Shown: positions 12,524 through 24,631, numbered from the whole stretch's first letter. The stretch: DNA of 63,960 bases, filler included, from Octopus bimaculoides (GCF_001194135.2; 6 parts of 6 records of this genome joined end to end with filler, not necessarily neighbours in it); one strand, 5' to 3'. Notes: a model not told the origin generated them from the letters alone. Numbers and translations are program-made.

Positions 12524-12664
12524 TTCAAAGAAATTCAACATTAAATTGTTCAAGAAAATTGAGCATGTTTTTAAATACTTTAAAGATTTTGACAGTATCA
12601 GAGAGAATAACCTCAAATAATAGTAGGCTAAAAAACTTTTGCAAAAATACAAGGAGATTGAGAT

Positions 12665-13088
12665 GGTAATCTTCTAGTATAGGGAGGTAAAAAAAGTAAA
12701 TAAAAATACAAGGGAAATAATTTACGTCTTACTAGTATTATCCGTACTACTCTGATTGAAGTTAACTGTTTATATATAAATCACACACGTGATTGAATAT
12801 CATAGTTTCTTTCGTTTTTAATTGACGAGTGAGGATTTCGTTTTGAGGAACAATAAGTTGTTGTGCAGCCGGTCTTCCACGAGGCATTTTTGATCTCTAT
12901 GATATTCAATCACGTGTGTGATTTATATATAAACAGTTAACTTCAATCACATGTGTGATTTATTTATAAACAGCTAAAAAAAAAAAACACATTTCAGAGT
13001 AGTATGGATGATACTAGTTCTTACTAGTAAGTTATTTCCCTTGTATTTTTATTTACTTTTTTTCACCTCCCTATACTGGAAGATTACC
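12665..13088. mobile_element. Non-autonomous Mutator-like/foldback DNA transposon with long TIRs and a 9-bp TSD
   Basis: Arm 12665-12805 is the reverse complement of 12897-13088 (right arm has a short internal duplication plus poly-A); exact GATTGAGAT at 12656-12664 and 13089-13097; termini GG...CC. Confidence 0.85.
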
Positions 13089-13759
13089 GATTGAGATTAT
13101 GAATGATTCTATGGAATTCTTCAAGCTCAGCATTATGAATTACAGTTGAATTGTATTTACATAGAGAAATTTAATGGAGAATAGGTCAAATCAAATGGAT
13201 CAAGACCAAAGGATCTAAGTAAAAATTATGGGAGTACAGAAACAAAATTAGTTACAACTTTACTAAAGAGTCCTGAATTGGAGAAGGAAAACTGACAAAA
13301 AGTTAAAGCAAAACTATTTTTCAATGCTTTCATTATATTTAAAAAAAACAAAATGGGAAAAATTTTTTTTTTTAATAACTTCAAGAAGTGTGAATATAGA
13401 AACAGATATAGGATAAGATGGAAAACATCACTGTATGACTTTAAAATAGAAACCCTATTTTAAGATATAGTTTGAAGATTGATCTCAGGACCTTGAACCT
13501 CATGGAGATGACAAAGAATCAGGATAACTGGTGATATGCAGTTTTCCAGAAGACCCGCTTACCTCAATGAAACTAAGTCCTGGTAGAGCTGTGTGTGTGT
13601 ATATATACACACATACACACACACATACTTTATTTGTGCATTAAGGCTACCATTGGTTTCATGTTAAGAAATATCTCAACAATTCTTCAAGCAGGTCACA
13701 TAGAAAAATTGGTGTTCATCTCCATTTTGGATAAAAACAATACACAAATAAAGGAGCTT

Positions 13760-14515
13760 TAGCCACTAATTTGGTGTTGAGCACTAATTGTCATTCTTCA
13801 ACATATATATGCACAACAGAGCCCTTTGCCTAAATTCTTTCCTCCTCAAGACATCCACTGTCATTTATCACCTTCCTAACTGCAGTTCTTTGATACTACT
13901 TTTTTACACAGAACCATTTCACTTGTTATCCATCCTCCATCCATTAATATTGTTCTGTCCACCCACACCTTCACTGTGTCACTAAATTTTCTCCCTCACC
14001 CCATATATCTCACTCTCTTCATACATTATGCCTGCCTCTTTTCCCCATCCACTTCTGTAACTTGTCATTTCTCTTTCATCCTTCAGTTTACTGCATCATC
14101 ACTACTACCCTGCTGCATTACACTATCAGATATCCCTTACTCCTCCACTCACTACTGGCCCTTCTGTCCCACTCATTGCTACTCCTCTAGTCCACCTTGA
14201 CAACTCATCATTACTATTATCACTTTCTATCACCATGGGTCCTCTACAATAATAGACCTGTTCTGTTCTGGCCCTTTCATACTTTATCCCATTCTACTCC
14301 TTATCTCCAAGTATAAAGTTGCCTTCTCATCTCAGGGTTCATAACCTTACAAACTGCATGACAACCATACTAGTGCTGGTGGCACAAAAAAAGCACCCAG
14401 TTATATGTGTCAAGTTGTTGGCACCCAACCACAGCAACCATGGCAAAGCAGACAGTGGAGCATGATGCTGTCCTTTGTCCATGGGATCCTATCTAACCCA
14501 TGCCAGCATGGAATG
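13760..14515 (+). mobile_element. RTE-type pyrimidine-rich 3' UTR / family C tail, degenerate
   Basis: Composition and layout resemble 9400-10250; ends CTAACCCATGCCAGCATGGAA; RTE ORF-end fragment nearby at ~13490-13560. Confidence 0.55.
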
Positions 14516-14586
14516 ATTAAGAACAAAAGTAGTAGTAAGGATTTCTAACATAAAAAATTTTCTTCATTATGTGACTGCTATATCCT

Positions 14587-14618
<32 letters not shown>

Positions 14619-14989
14619 TGTTTTAACATATATTTTTCCATGCTTGCATGAATCAGACAAGAGTATGTCGAGGCAGAGCTTTCTATGACAAGATACCCTT
14701 CCTCTTGTCAAGCGCCATTGTTTCCATGTATGTTAGTCAGCTTCCAGTTTGTTGAACAACAAATAACCCAGATGTGTCTACATGGAGAACTGGAAAGAAA
14801 TGAAATCATATAAAAGCGTCTTCTGTTTATAAAGATCCTGCAACATGTCAAAATGTCAGGAAGCCTGGACATGCTTTTGTGGTGCACTGGAAGCAAACGA
14901 CACCATCAACAAAGCAAGTGTTTACAATCAGCAAATGAAAGACACATGTAGACAAGGGAAATATGAACTGGTACAAACACACAAATATA

Positions 14990-15145
14990 TGCAGGCTTCT
15001 TTCTGTTTCCATCTACCAAATCCATTCACAAGGTTTTAGTCAGCCCAAGGCTACAGTAGAACACAATTGTTCAAGGTACAGTAGTGGTACTGAACTCGAA
15101 ATCACATAGTTGGAAAGCAAGCTTCTTAACTACAGTCACATCTGT
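14990..15145 (-). mobile_element. SINE family A, 5' half
   Basis: Reverse complement of the head/CORE region of 634-1030. Confidence 0.7.
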
Positions 15146-16141
15146 GCTTATTATTCTTGTTTATTTATTTGTTCATTATAAATGTTTTAAAAGTAGCAGT
15201 CTAGCTCCATTGTTCTTGCATGATGAAACAAAAAGAAATGCTGTATACAAAAGATTAAAGCAAATAATAATTCTTTCTACTATATGCACACAGCCTGCAA
15301 TTTTGTACCAATTTTGAAATAAATATCAGTCAACCTCAGTGCTTGAGTGATACTTATTCCATTGACTCCAAAAGGATAGAAGGCAAAGCAGACCTCGGTG
15401 AAATTTGAACTCAGAATGTAAAGACTGACAAAATGCTTAGCAGCATTTTGTTCAGTATGATAATGACACTGCTAGTTCGCTGCCATATTAAAGCAAATAA
15501 CTTCAACAATGATTTCTAACATTCATATGATTTAATCAACATGTATATATTATTGGTCCTTATTTACCACCAACAGGCCTGCTCTATAGCTTTATCAATG
15601 CATCAAAAATTCCAAAAGGTTTTTGTGGAAAATTTTATTGTACATGCAGCCATGATATACAATGAAACAAAAACATTTAAAAAAATAATTTAATACTTTT
15701 CTTTGTTTTAAATTAATTTCATCCTTAACTATAGATTTACTACTACAATAAAATAAGCTTCATTTAAATCTATATGGCAAAGCTTACTCCATTGAATTTT
15801 AGCTGACAGACATCAAATAAAAGATGTGATTAACCTAAGGTGCAAACTTCAAATAACTTCAAGCACTGAAATTTGCCTAATTTGTTCCAAAGCACTGCCA
15901 TTTGTAACAAGATGGTATGTAATAGTTACCACAGAATAGTTTCAACATTATTTTAAGATTTTTTGATTTAGATCTTTTAAAATTTCACCCCATCTTTTTT
16001 GTAAATAACAAACAAGTACACTAACCAAATAAAATAAAGCAGCAAGAACATATAGATATGTAAACATAAAAAAAAAAAAGGAAAGAAATTTTTCAGTAAC
16101 ATGATGATCAAATTTAGAGCAATTACCGAAGAAATACTCAC

Positions 16142-16290
16142 GCATAGTGGTGTGCAATGGGAGTTCCTGGAGCAGATATGTAGGGACCTGTATTTGACTG
16201 AACGCTGCTCTCAGAGGGACTGTTAGACAAAGAGTCATTAGCAGTACTGTGTCTTCTAACCACTTTGCCTTCTGCATCAGCCATGTAATT
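16142..16290 (-). CDS. Coding exon of an unidentified protein: NYMADAEGKVVRRHSTANDSLSNSPSESSVQSNTGPYISAPGTPIAHHYA (the ATG at 16284 may be the start codon)
   Basis: Canonical ttttattttctgctgcag| acceptor and GC|GTGAGT donor, 149 nt, open frame, raised GC, Ser/Pro-rich peptide with RRHS and SP/TP motifs. Confidence 0.7.
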
Positions 16291-17082
16291 CTGCAGCAGA
16301 AAATAAAATATTTTAGATAACTTCTTTAACACATACTCCATTTCTACCTACCATCTTTCTGATTGATTTTCAAACCATACAATTCTTGTTCAAACAAACA
16401 TACAAGAAGGATAATGGCTCAAGGAAGCAATACATATACGACACTAATTTTTGTTCTTCTTCAAAGTGACAACCTGATAACATATGGAGAAAAAATTTCT
16501 TCAACCCTTTCAAACATGAAAACATATTATTTCAACTTAGAATTACATGAAATGGAGTACAGTATAAGACAATATAGCTTATTTTCATCCCCTGCATAGG
16601 CAATATAATTCATTATGAGAGCTTAAATGAAATATATATTTGATGTCTTAAATATACTTCTTAAACAAGCTATACAAATATAAAATGATCAATCTGTTAT
16701 TAGTCAACATGCATGTTTTGATTATATGTATCTTAATTTTCAATGAGGCTACAGAAAATTAAACTTTTAACATAGGTTTATAAGTTTGCAAACACAAACA
16801 CTGAATAGAAATATTTTGCATCAAAACAGATAAACAGGTAGCCAAACAGGAAAGAAAATTTTGTTTTAATGGTTTATATTATCTACCCATCAAAAAAGAA
16901 AAAAAAATCAAGACATTTAGAAACAGTTCCTCTGAAGCAATGAAGCAAACAGAGCTGTATAGCAGTCAAGTTTCAGTAAAAAGCAAATAAAGTGAACAGA
17001 TTTAAACAATTAGACAGATATAACTGGTGAAACACATGATAGTTCAAACAATATTTATCACTATTGACACAATAAATTCTAC

Positions 17083-17212
17083 TGAAAACTTAATCCATAT
17101 CTGAGTACAGCATATAAATTTGCAAGGTGACCATTCAGGATAATTTGATGGTAGAGTCCAATCTATTTGGTTAGCAAACAAACGTGAAAACGTTTGTTTG
17201 ATATGCAATAAC
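17083..17212 (-). other. Candidate exon (R)LLHIKQTFSRLFANQIDWTLPSNYPEWSPCKFICCTQIWIKFS, coding or 5' UTR
   Basis: Acceptor attcattatag|; open frame; only a weak donor (GTAGAA) gives phase 0 into 16290. Confidence 0.28.
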
Positions 17213-17283
17213 CTATAATGAATCAATATTTTGCATAGGGGTATTATATTTCAAACCAACACACTTGTTAAAAGGCTTATTAA

Positions 17284-19301
17284 CCCTTTAGTGTTCAGAC
17301 TGGCCAAAACCAGTCGAAAATAATTCCCCTTTATTTGTTTGAACCAGCCAAATCTGGCCATATCTCAAATCACTAAAAAAATAAACAAATCACATTATCG
17401 AATTCTCGTAGCTTTCAGATAATGTGCGATAAAACCTTTCCTGCCTTTATTCAAGTAAAAATACCATGAAAGTTTTTAAACCTCTTGGTATTTTCAATGT
17501 TTGAAGAGAAGTGTATATCTTAGTTCTTAACGATATGGCATCAGCAAGTAGCGATTACAACTTCAACAGTTTTACTTTTGATGACGTTTGTTGGATGAGG
17601 AAGATTTTGATAATGAAAGTGATAAAAATGAAAGTGATGAAAATGATACTGAAAACATTACAGCGACATGGTTTTTGGTTACTACATCAACCACAATTCC
17701 CAATTTCACAGAAAAGACTAGTCCGCAACACAGTCTACTTCCCAATGCTCAACCATTAGACTATTTATTTTTATTTTTACCGAAAAGTTTTTTTGAAACT
17801 CTCATGGAGGAAACAAATAAACATGCTCAATGCATAATTTCTATTTGTGGAAGACCTGATCCACTATGGCAGCCAACTGATACTGCAGAAATGTGAGCTT
17901 TATTTACTATAAACATTATGTTTGGTATCAAGCAGAGACCTCGACTGTGGAACTACTGGAGTCCTGATTTCGAGCATTATGTCTAATTATAGTTAATTCA
18001 TATATTGTTTATGTAAAAAAAACCACAAGGTCCCTCTACCACAGAAGGACTATGAGCATTTGAAATTTCAGGTTGACATCGCATCTCAGTTACATGAGGG
18101 CTATTCTTCCAGAAAGCACAGAACTGGAAGAAACACAAAATTAACTGAGATGGATGTCAACAGAGAAAATAGTGACTTCCATAAAGTAGAAAAAAATAAA
18201 TGGAAGAAAAAAATGTTTGCAGACTGTGTTCGCTGCAAAAAAGAAAAACTGTGAAACTCATATATGTGTTTGTTTTGCAAAGTGCTCTTGTGTAAAGGGT
18301 GCTTTGGACAGTTTCACGATAAAAATATGGCATAACTATATTTTGTTGTTTGATAGTAATACTATCATATATTCCTTCCATTTTATTACAAATAATATGT
18401 GAAAGTGAGAAATACATATTAATTTGTAGTATGTTACACACCTGTATTCACCTTTGTCTCACCTGTTAATGAGGTTTTTAATTAGATGCATTATTATGTA
18501 AATGTATTCATTAAATTGTGTGAGAGTACATAGCCAATGGTATATTGACAAGTAAAAGAGTTTTGTACTTTATTTTCAATGAAAATGTTTGAATGAAATA
18601 TAGAGAAAGAATAAAATCTTGTACCAATTACAACTGTATTTTAATTAATGTACCTTATCTTGAAAAGTGGCAAAATTGTTGGCGGTTAACATCTGGGATA
18701 ATTTTATAAACAAATCAAATAGGTAAGAGGCATTAAGAATTTCAATTTTAGTGTTTAATCAGTGTTATTGCTTTTACACCTGTTAATTAAATGTATCTGC
18801 CCATAAAAGTCAAAATTAATCAGAAAAATCAGCTAAAATTGCATAACTATAAACCACTGGTATATAAGCACCCACTGACAAAATTTCAAATCTGTATGCA
18901 AAGTTACAAGCAAATACCAATTACACCTGTATTTTAATTAATTCAAATTAATGTACCTCATCTTAAAAAGTGGCAAAATTGTTGGCGGTTAACATCTGGG
19001 ATAATTTTATAAACAAATCAAATAGGTAAGAGGCATTAAGAATTTCAATTTTAGTGTTTAATCATAGTGTTATTACTTTTATACCTGTTAATTAAATGTA
19101 TCTGCCCATAAAAGTCAAAATTAATCAGAAAGATCAGCTAAAATTACATAACTATAAACCACTGGTATATAAGCACCCACTGACAAAATTTCAAATCTGT
19201 ATGCCAAGTTACAAGCAAATACTGTGGACACCCCTCTTGAACCTGAATAATTCAAAATAAATAAACATTACATTTGACAGATTAATCTGAACACTAAAGG
19301 G
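17284..19301 (+). mobile_element. Internally deleted piggyBac transposon (PGBD4-like transposase remnant)
   Basis: TTAA|CCCTTTAGTGTTCAGA ... TCTGAACACTAAAGGG|TTAA; acidic N-terminus plus PLDYLFLFLP..FFETLMEETNKHA...W.PTDTAEM*AFI..NIMFGI..RP.L.NYWS; C-terminal Cys-rich remnant at 18060-18310; catalytic core missing. Confidence 0.9.
18623..19221 (+). repeat. Tandem duplication of ~300 bp inside the piggyBac 3' region
   Basis: 18623-18915 and 18916-19221 are near-identical (e.g. AAAGTGGCAAAATTGTTGGCGGTTAACATCTGGG occurs in both). Confidence 0.9.
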
Positions 19302-19401
19302 TTAATGCATTATTGTTTATTAAGTTATGAATTAGAATATTTATTTGGAACATATAAGTTTGAGCATAATACAAAGGTCATGAATTTTTCAAATATTTAA
19401 C

Positions 19402-19498
19402 CTTTAGCACACTGCATTTTCTGTAGAATTGTTTCCCCTGTTACTGTCCTGTTACTACAGGAGAGAAAACTCATATGACATGATGCACCAACAGTGTT
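19402..19498 (-). other. Candidate exon (NTVGASCHMSFLSCSNRTVTGETILQKMQCAK), coding or 5' UTR
   Basis: aacctttag| acceptor, AAG|GTTAAA donor, one open frame. Confidence 0.28.
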
Positions 19499-19869
19499 CT
19501 AAAGGTTAAATAATTTCTTGTAATGACAGCAAACCAACATTTCCTTATTATTATTTTTATTAATTATTATTATTATTAGCAATAACAAGAGTGTGATATG
19601 ATCTGTAATAAATAGAGATTGGCTCTGTTTATTGAATTGAACAATATTTTGGCAGTGTCTGCCTTCCTTGGGTTCAAAATGGAAAAATGCATAAATACAA
19701 AAATTCAAAATATGTGTGTCTTTATAGGCAAAATGGCACCATCAATTTCTGCTTTTTCAAAACTGGTAACAAGGAAAAATAAAAAATAAAATAGGAAAGA
19801 CAACATTTAGTCAAAAAGTTTTGTGTAAATGTGATAGAAATCGCCTGTTATTTTGTTCATTCTTCATCA

Positions 19870-21200
19870 ATAATTCACAAATATATTTATCCTTGTGTTT
19901 TGAGGAGTGAAATGCAGTAGAATCAGAATATTTTCAGAGAATGTGCACTTTCAAGTATTCCTCAAAATTACAGTTGTGTGATATAAAATGTTCAGTAAGT
20001 TCTGTTGAACAACTGTTAATGTGCCTGACATCATTTTTATCCCCATTGAATCTTTATTTTATTGTTCTGCTGTGCAACCAACATAAATCAAGTTGTGTTT
20101 GATGCATTCTGCTGTGTCCCACCTTCTGAATAAATCACAACATTTCTATTATAGTCTGTGAACAGGGCCTACCTCTGTTTTTCAGGGTACATCGTTCAAA
20201 AACTCTAATGGTAGTTTTATTGGGGTTAGAGGCAGTGGTTACCTTACATTTTTATGGCATCTACAGGCTACAACAAATGGATGAAAGAATATTTGTTTGA
20301 AATGAGGATATTTTTCTGAAGTACACTGGTAACTCTCATGAAACACTTTTGAAATACCAGTGAAATTTTGGTGCCAGTTAATCACTAAAGGAATTTAATC
20401 ACAAATTTTACTTTGGCTGATAAAATTAAACATGAAAGTTTGACTTTCCTTGCTAACTTTAGTTACGTCATTTGCGATTTCATTAAATCATGATTCACAG
20501 TAACCGTGTTTGACATAATGGTGAACAAAAGTATGTTTCCAATAACCCCCTATGTCAGTACCAATCTGTTTTATCTTTAAAACCTGGGACTTTTGATTTG
20601 ACTTAATTGCATGATGTGGATGAATGTGAAGATGATGTGGATTTGCAAAATAACTGTCGCTGTTCAGCCTTCTGAAAACTTAATTTTTGTGTCCAAAAAT
20701 TTGACACTTGTTTTTGAAAAACTCAACAAGGAATTTATATCGGGCTTACTGCCATAGTGTTTTCACAAAGCAGTTACAGAAATGCAAAAACTTATGTAAA
20801 TTACCCTGTGACTCTTCCCAAACAAAAAGGATATCATCAATGAACTGTAACCAGAGTATTGGTTCATGACTGTGCAGGGATCTGAATGTCTCTCATAACT
20901 GTTATTGGGGTACCCATGGTGTATCCCCTCATGGTGTTACTTTATAACATATACTTCAATAATTTACTGAGAAAATTAGATGGAATACTTTAGTTTGACC
21001 ATTTTTCAAAGGCATCCATGCAAGCCTCTCACTCTTCCCACTTTCATCGTGGTCAATGTTGGGGTATAGTAAAGAAACATCCATGGTTACCAAAAAACAG
21101 CTTTTGACACTACTTCCCATGTTGGTTATGTTTGAGGGAATCTATACAAATCCTATCACATAACCATACACAATAATAAAATAAGCAACATGAAACCTTT
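19870..21200 (-). mobile_element. Penelope-like element remnant (RT + GIY-YIG)
   Basis: Minus-strand motifs LVTMDVSLLYPNI, GYTMGTP, LWLQFIDDILFVW, IPLVINWH, CIKHNLIYVGCT with many stops and frameshifts. Confidence 0.85.
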
Positions 21201-21624
21201 TCTATATGCACTCATGAATTCTCACTGATATACAGTTTGGATGTCATATGATCTCACTTAATTAAATGAGTATATCTACATTATCATCATATCCTTTTTA
21301 TCTTTTTATTTTATAGATTCTCATTTTTCCCCTTAATTCATATTTATGCATCCCACCTAAATTATAATTAATCGAATACCTATTCAGTTGTAACACTATT
21401 GTTATTAAATGTTTTTCAAGTGATGCCAAATGTTTTGCTTTTTCATTTTTAAAAAAAATCTATATCCAACCACTCAAGGAGAAACCACTTCTACCCACCT
21501 TTAATAGGTATTTTCAGCACCACATTATTCAGTTGCAGTTCAAGCCAGAGTTTTAGAGATAAGCCAAATTGAGCATACATAGTACATACCTGTTACATTA
21601 CATCAATTGATTGAAAACTCCTTA

Positions 21625-21635
21625 TATATATATAT

Positions 21636-21722
<87 letters not shown>
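21625..21722. repeat. (TA)n microsatellite
   Basis: Direct reading. Confidence 0.95.
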
Positions 21723-21724
<2 letters not shown>

Positions 21725-22040
21725 TAAAGTAAAAGTTAGAGGCAATACTTGACAATTGTAAGCACCTGTGTATGCCAGCTCGTGGTTATGCAAAATACCG
21801 AAAGGAACTTCACCTCTTATATCGCACCTTTCTTCCTCCTTTAACGCCGATGTGATATAATTTCTTGGGAGAGAAATACTTTTGCGGCTGAAGATAGCTT
21901 TGTATTGTCAATTACACACTGATATAAAGCTTGAAACACGTGTACCGCAGAATCCTTTGTGTTTTTGTTGTCATTTTTGGCATTTACAATTTATATATAT
22001 ATATATATATATATATACATACACACACACACACACACAC

Positions 22041-22950
22041 ATACAAGTGGGTACCCAAAAGAAACTGGAATTTTGCAATATCATTTTATTCACTTAGTTG
22101 TACATGTTTATACATTTATCGCCTTCAAAGTACTCTCCATTTGAAGCAATGCATTGGTCCAGATGTGTTTCCACTGCTCGAAGCAGTGCTGGAACTCTTG
22201 CAAAGTGATGCCCTTTAATGTCTCTGTCATTTTTTTTATTCAACTCTTCCACATCTGCAAATTCTGTAGTACCAGCTTTCGTCACCAGTGATCACCTTCG
22301 AAAAAGGGTCTGGATCAATTTTCAGCTGTCCTTTCAGTTCATGACACACATTCAGTTGTGACTGCTTTTGATCTTACATGAACAAGGGAGATGCAAATTT
22401 TGCTGCAACTCTTTTCATTCGCAATTCTTTGTTCAAAATTCGTTAGCAAATGCTCCAGTATGCACTAGTTATATCAACAAGTTTGTCAATTGTTTGGCGA
22501 TGGTTCTCCATGATCAGTTCATGAATTTTCATGATATTTTCATTTGTTTGGAAAGTCAACGGTTGCTCTAAACAAGGTTGGTCTTCAATTCCTAAAGCAT
22601 GAAAACCCCTTGTAAACCCCCTTGTAAACTTGTGTTTTGCTTGTGGCAGTGTCCCTGTAAGCTGTTTGAAGCATGACAACTGTTTTGATTGCTGTCTTCC
22701 CCAGAAGAAAACAGAATTTCATAGAAGCATGCTGTTCCTTTGTTTTAACCATCACAAAAGTCAATGAAAAGGGGAGAAGCACTGCAAAACAAAGACGCAC
22801 CATGTGACAATATGACTTCAATTGCCGATGCTGGTTGGCAGACTGATGCCTGAAGGTCACATCAAGTGGCTTTTAGCTGTGAAAGCCTGAACTACAACGG
22901 TCTTGTCCCACAGAAAATGTTTCCAGCTACTTTTGAGTAACTCCTCGTAT
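22041..22950 (-). mobile_element. Internally deleted mariner (Tc1/mariner, D,D34D type)
   Basis: Imperfect TIRs TACAAGTGGGTACCCAAAAGAAACTGGAA / TTCCAGCTACTTTTGAGTAACTCCTCGTA; N-terminus EQHASMKFCFLLGKTAIKTVVMLQTAY; C-terminus CIASNGEYFEGD; catalytic region deleted. Confidence 0.88.
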
Positions 22951-22999
22951 ATACATATAAATATATACAATACGTATATATACATATGCATACATACAT

Positions 23000-23427
23000 A
23001 CACATTCATTCATATATATATAATAATAATAATATTAATAATATTATTAGGGATAAAAATCCAAAATTACAGGTAAAAACTCAATTAAAATCAATTTATT
23101 AAAAATTAAAATTAAATTAACTTTCACAGTATTAAATATATATATATACATATAGTTTTAGGGAAAAGAACCAAGGTTCATGAACTCATCGATGAAAATC
23201 CACTGTCACATATGGAAAAGTTAATAAGTAAAAGCACAATAAATAAGTATAATATAATACAAAGTAAATATCATAAGATAAAGATAATAAAACGACTACA
23301 CCTGTTTCATAACCAATTTTCAAATAGAAAGAAAATTTAAATCGATTAAAACTATCAAAAATCAATTCTATTAAAAAATATAGCTAATCAAGATTAGCTA
23401 TATTTTTCTATTTGAAAATTGGTTATG
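23000..23427. mobile_element. Probable Penelope terminal-repeat fragment ending in an inverted repeat at the scaffold end
   Basis: Begins after (AAT)n; AT-rich; CATAACCAATTTTCAAATAGAAA at 23308 is mirrored at 23405-23427. Confidence 0.35.
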
Positions 23428-23471
23428 NNNNNNNNNNNNNNNNNNNNNNNNNNNNNNNNNNNNNNNNNNNN

Positions 23472-23483
23472 TTAATTAATTAA
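23472..23483. other. Artificial six-frame-stop linker inside a 100-nt scaffold-join gap (also at 35079-35090, 56568-56579, 61125-61136, 62801-62812)
   Basis: Five identical 44N-TTAATTAATTAA-44N blocks. Confidence 0.95.
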
Positions 23484-23536
23484 NNNNNNNNNNNNNNNNN
23501 NNNNNNNNNNNNNNNNNNNNNNNNNNNATATCTGCC

Positions 23537-23595
<59 letters not shown>

Positions 23596-24244
23596 TCCTT
23601 TCGTAGACCTTTGTAATGCACTAGACCAGTACTTCTCTCTAGTATCCAAAATACCGTTTTGGATTAGATGTCAGTTCTTTTGAATGTAACTTTTCTCTTG
23701 TGGAAAATTGAATTCAGCACAGCATGCCAGCCAGCTAATTTGTTATCAATTTTGAAGTCACAACTGCATCATGTCACATTGCACAGCCTACTTGTAACAA
23801 GGTGCCTTTGGCCAATGAGAGTTTAGTGTCTCAGCTGTAACAGTGTTGCAGTATTACAAACTACCAACGTTGTAGCTGTATCTCCCATACTTTGTCCAGT
23901 TATTCATCACTGTTCAGTTGTTCCAACACTAATTAACCATGGAAGTTTATAGAAACCAAGCCACTAGTTACGTACCCGTAAATAATGTATGTAAAAACAG
24001 CAATTCTTCATAGGTGAATAGTTAAAATAGCTGTTGTATCGTGGCATTGGCCTTGCTGATTACACTGATTTCTTCTCTATTAAATAGGATCAGGCTTTAG
24101 TTTTCACATTAAGTGTATTGTAGTATTGACGTTATACCTCTCTGCCCTTGGCTTAAACACTACCAAGATCATCTGCACCTTCTACCTTCCCAAAATCTAT
24201 AACACTCACATGGACACACGCTCTCACACACACACACACACACG

Positions 24245-24302
<58 letters not shown>

Positions 24303-24584
24303 TTCTCTCTCTCTCTCATTCTCCGTCTCTGTCTTTCTCCACCTCTCTTTCTCCCATTCTCTCTCTCTCAATTGTTCATGTACTCCCACATTAGTTCAAA
24401 GCAGATCATTCATCCCTTCACTACTCAGTCAGTTCTTCAGAAAATATGATTTTGTTTCCTGTAGGACTGCATGTAGTGAGAAACTCTGATTAGTGACTGA
24501 ATGAATTCTCAATATCAAATGAGCAAATGAAGTCTACTACATTTATTGAACATATCTTCTATCATTTTATTTTTTACCATAATG

Positions 24585-24631
<47 letters not shown>

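Noticed and set aside
11326-15740. Plus-strand U12 AT-AC intron signature: acceptor, 25-nt microexon, ATATCCTT donor (11351), TCCTTAAC branch (15722) and AC (15739-15740)
   Set aside because: Each 8-mer is expected by chance in this much AT-rich DNA, the downstream exon has stops in all three frames, and it lies antisense to better-supported exons
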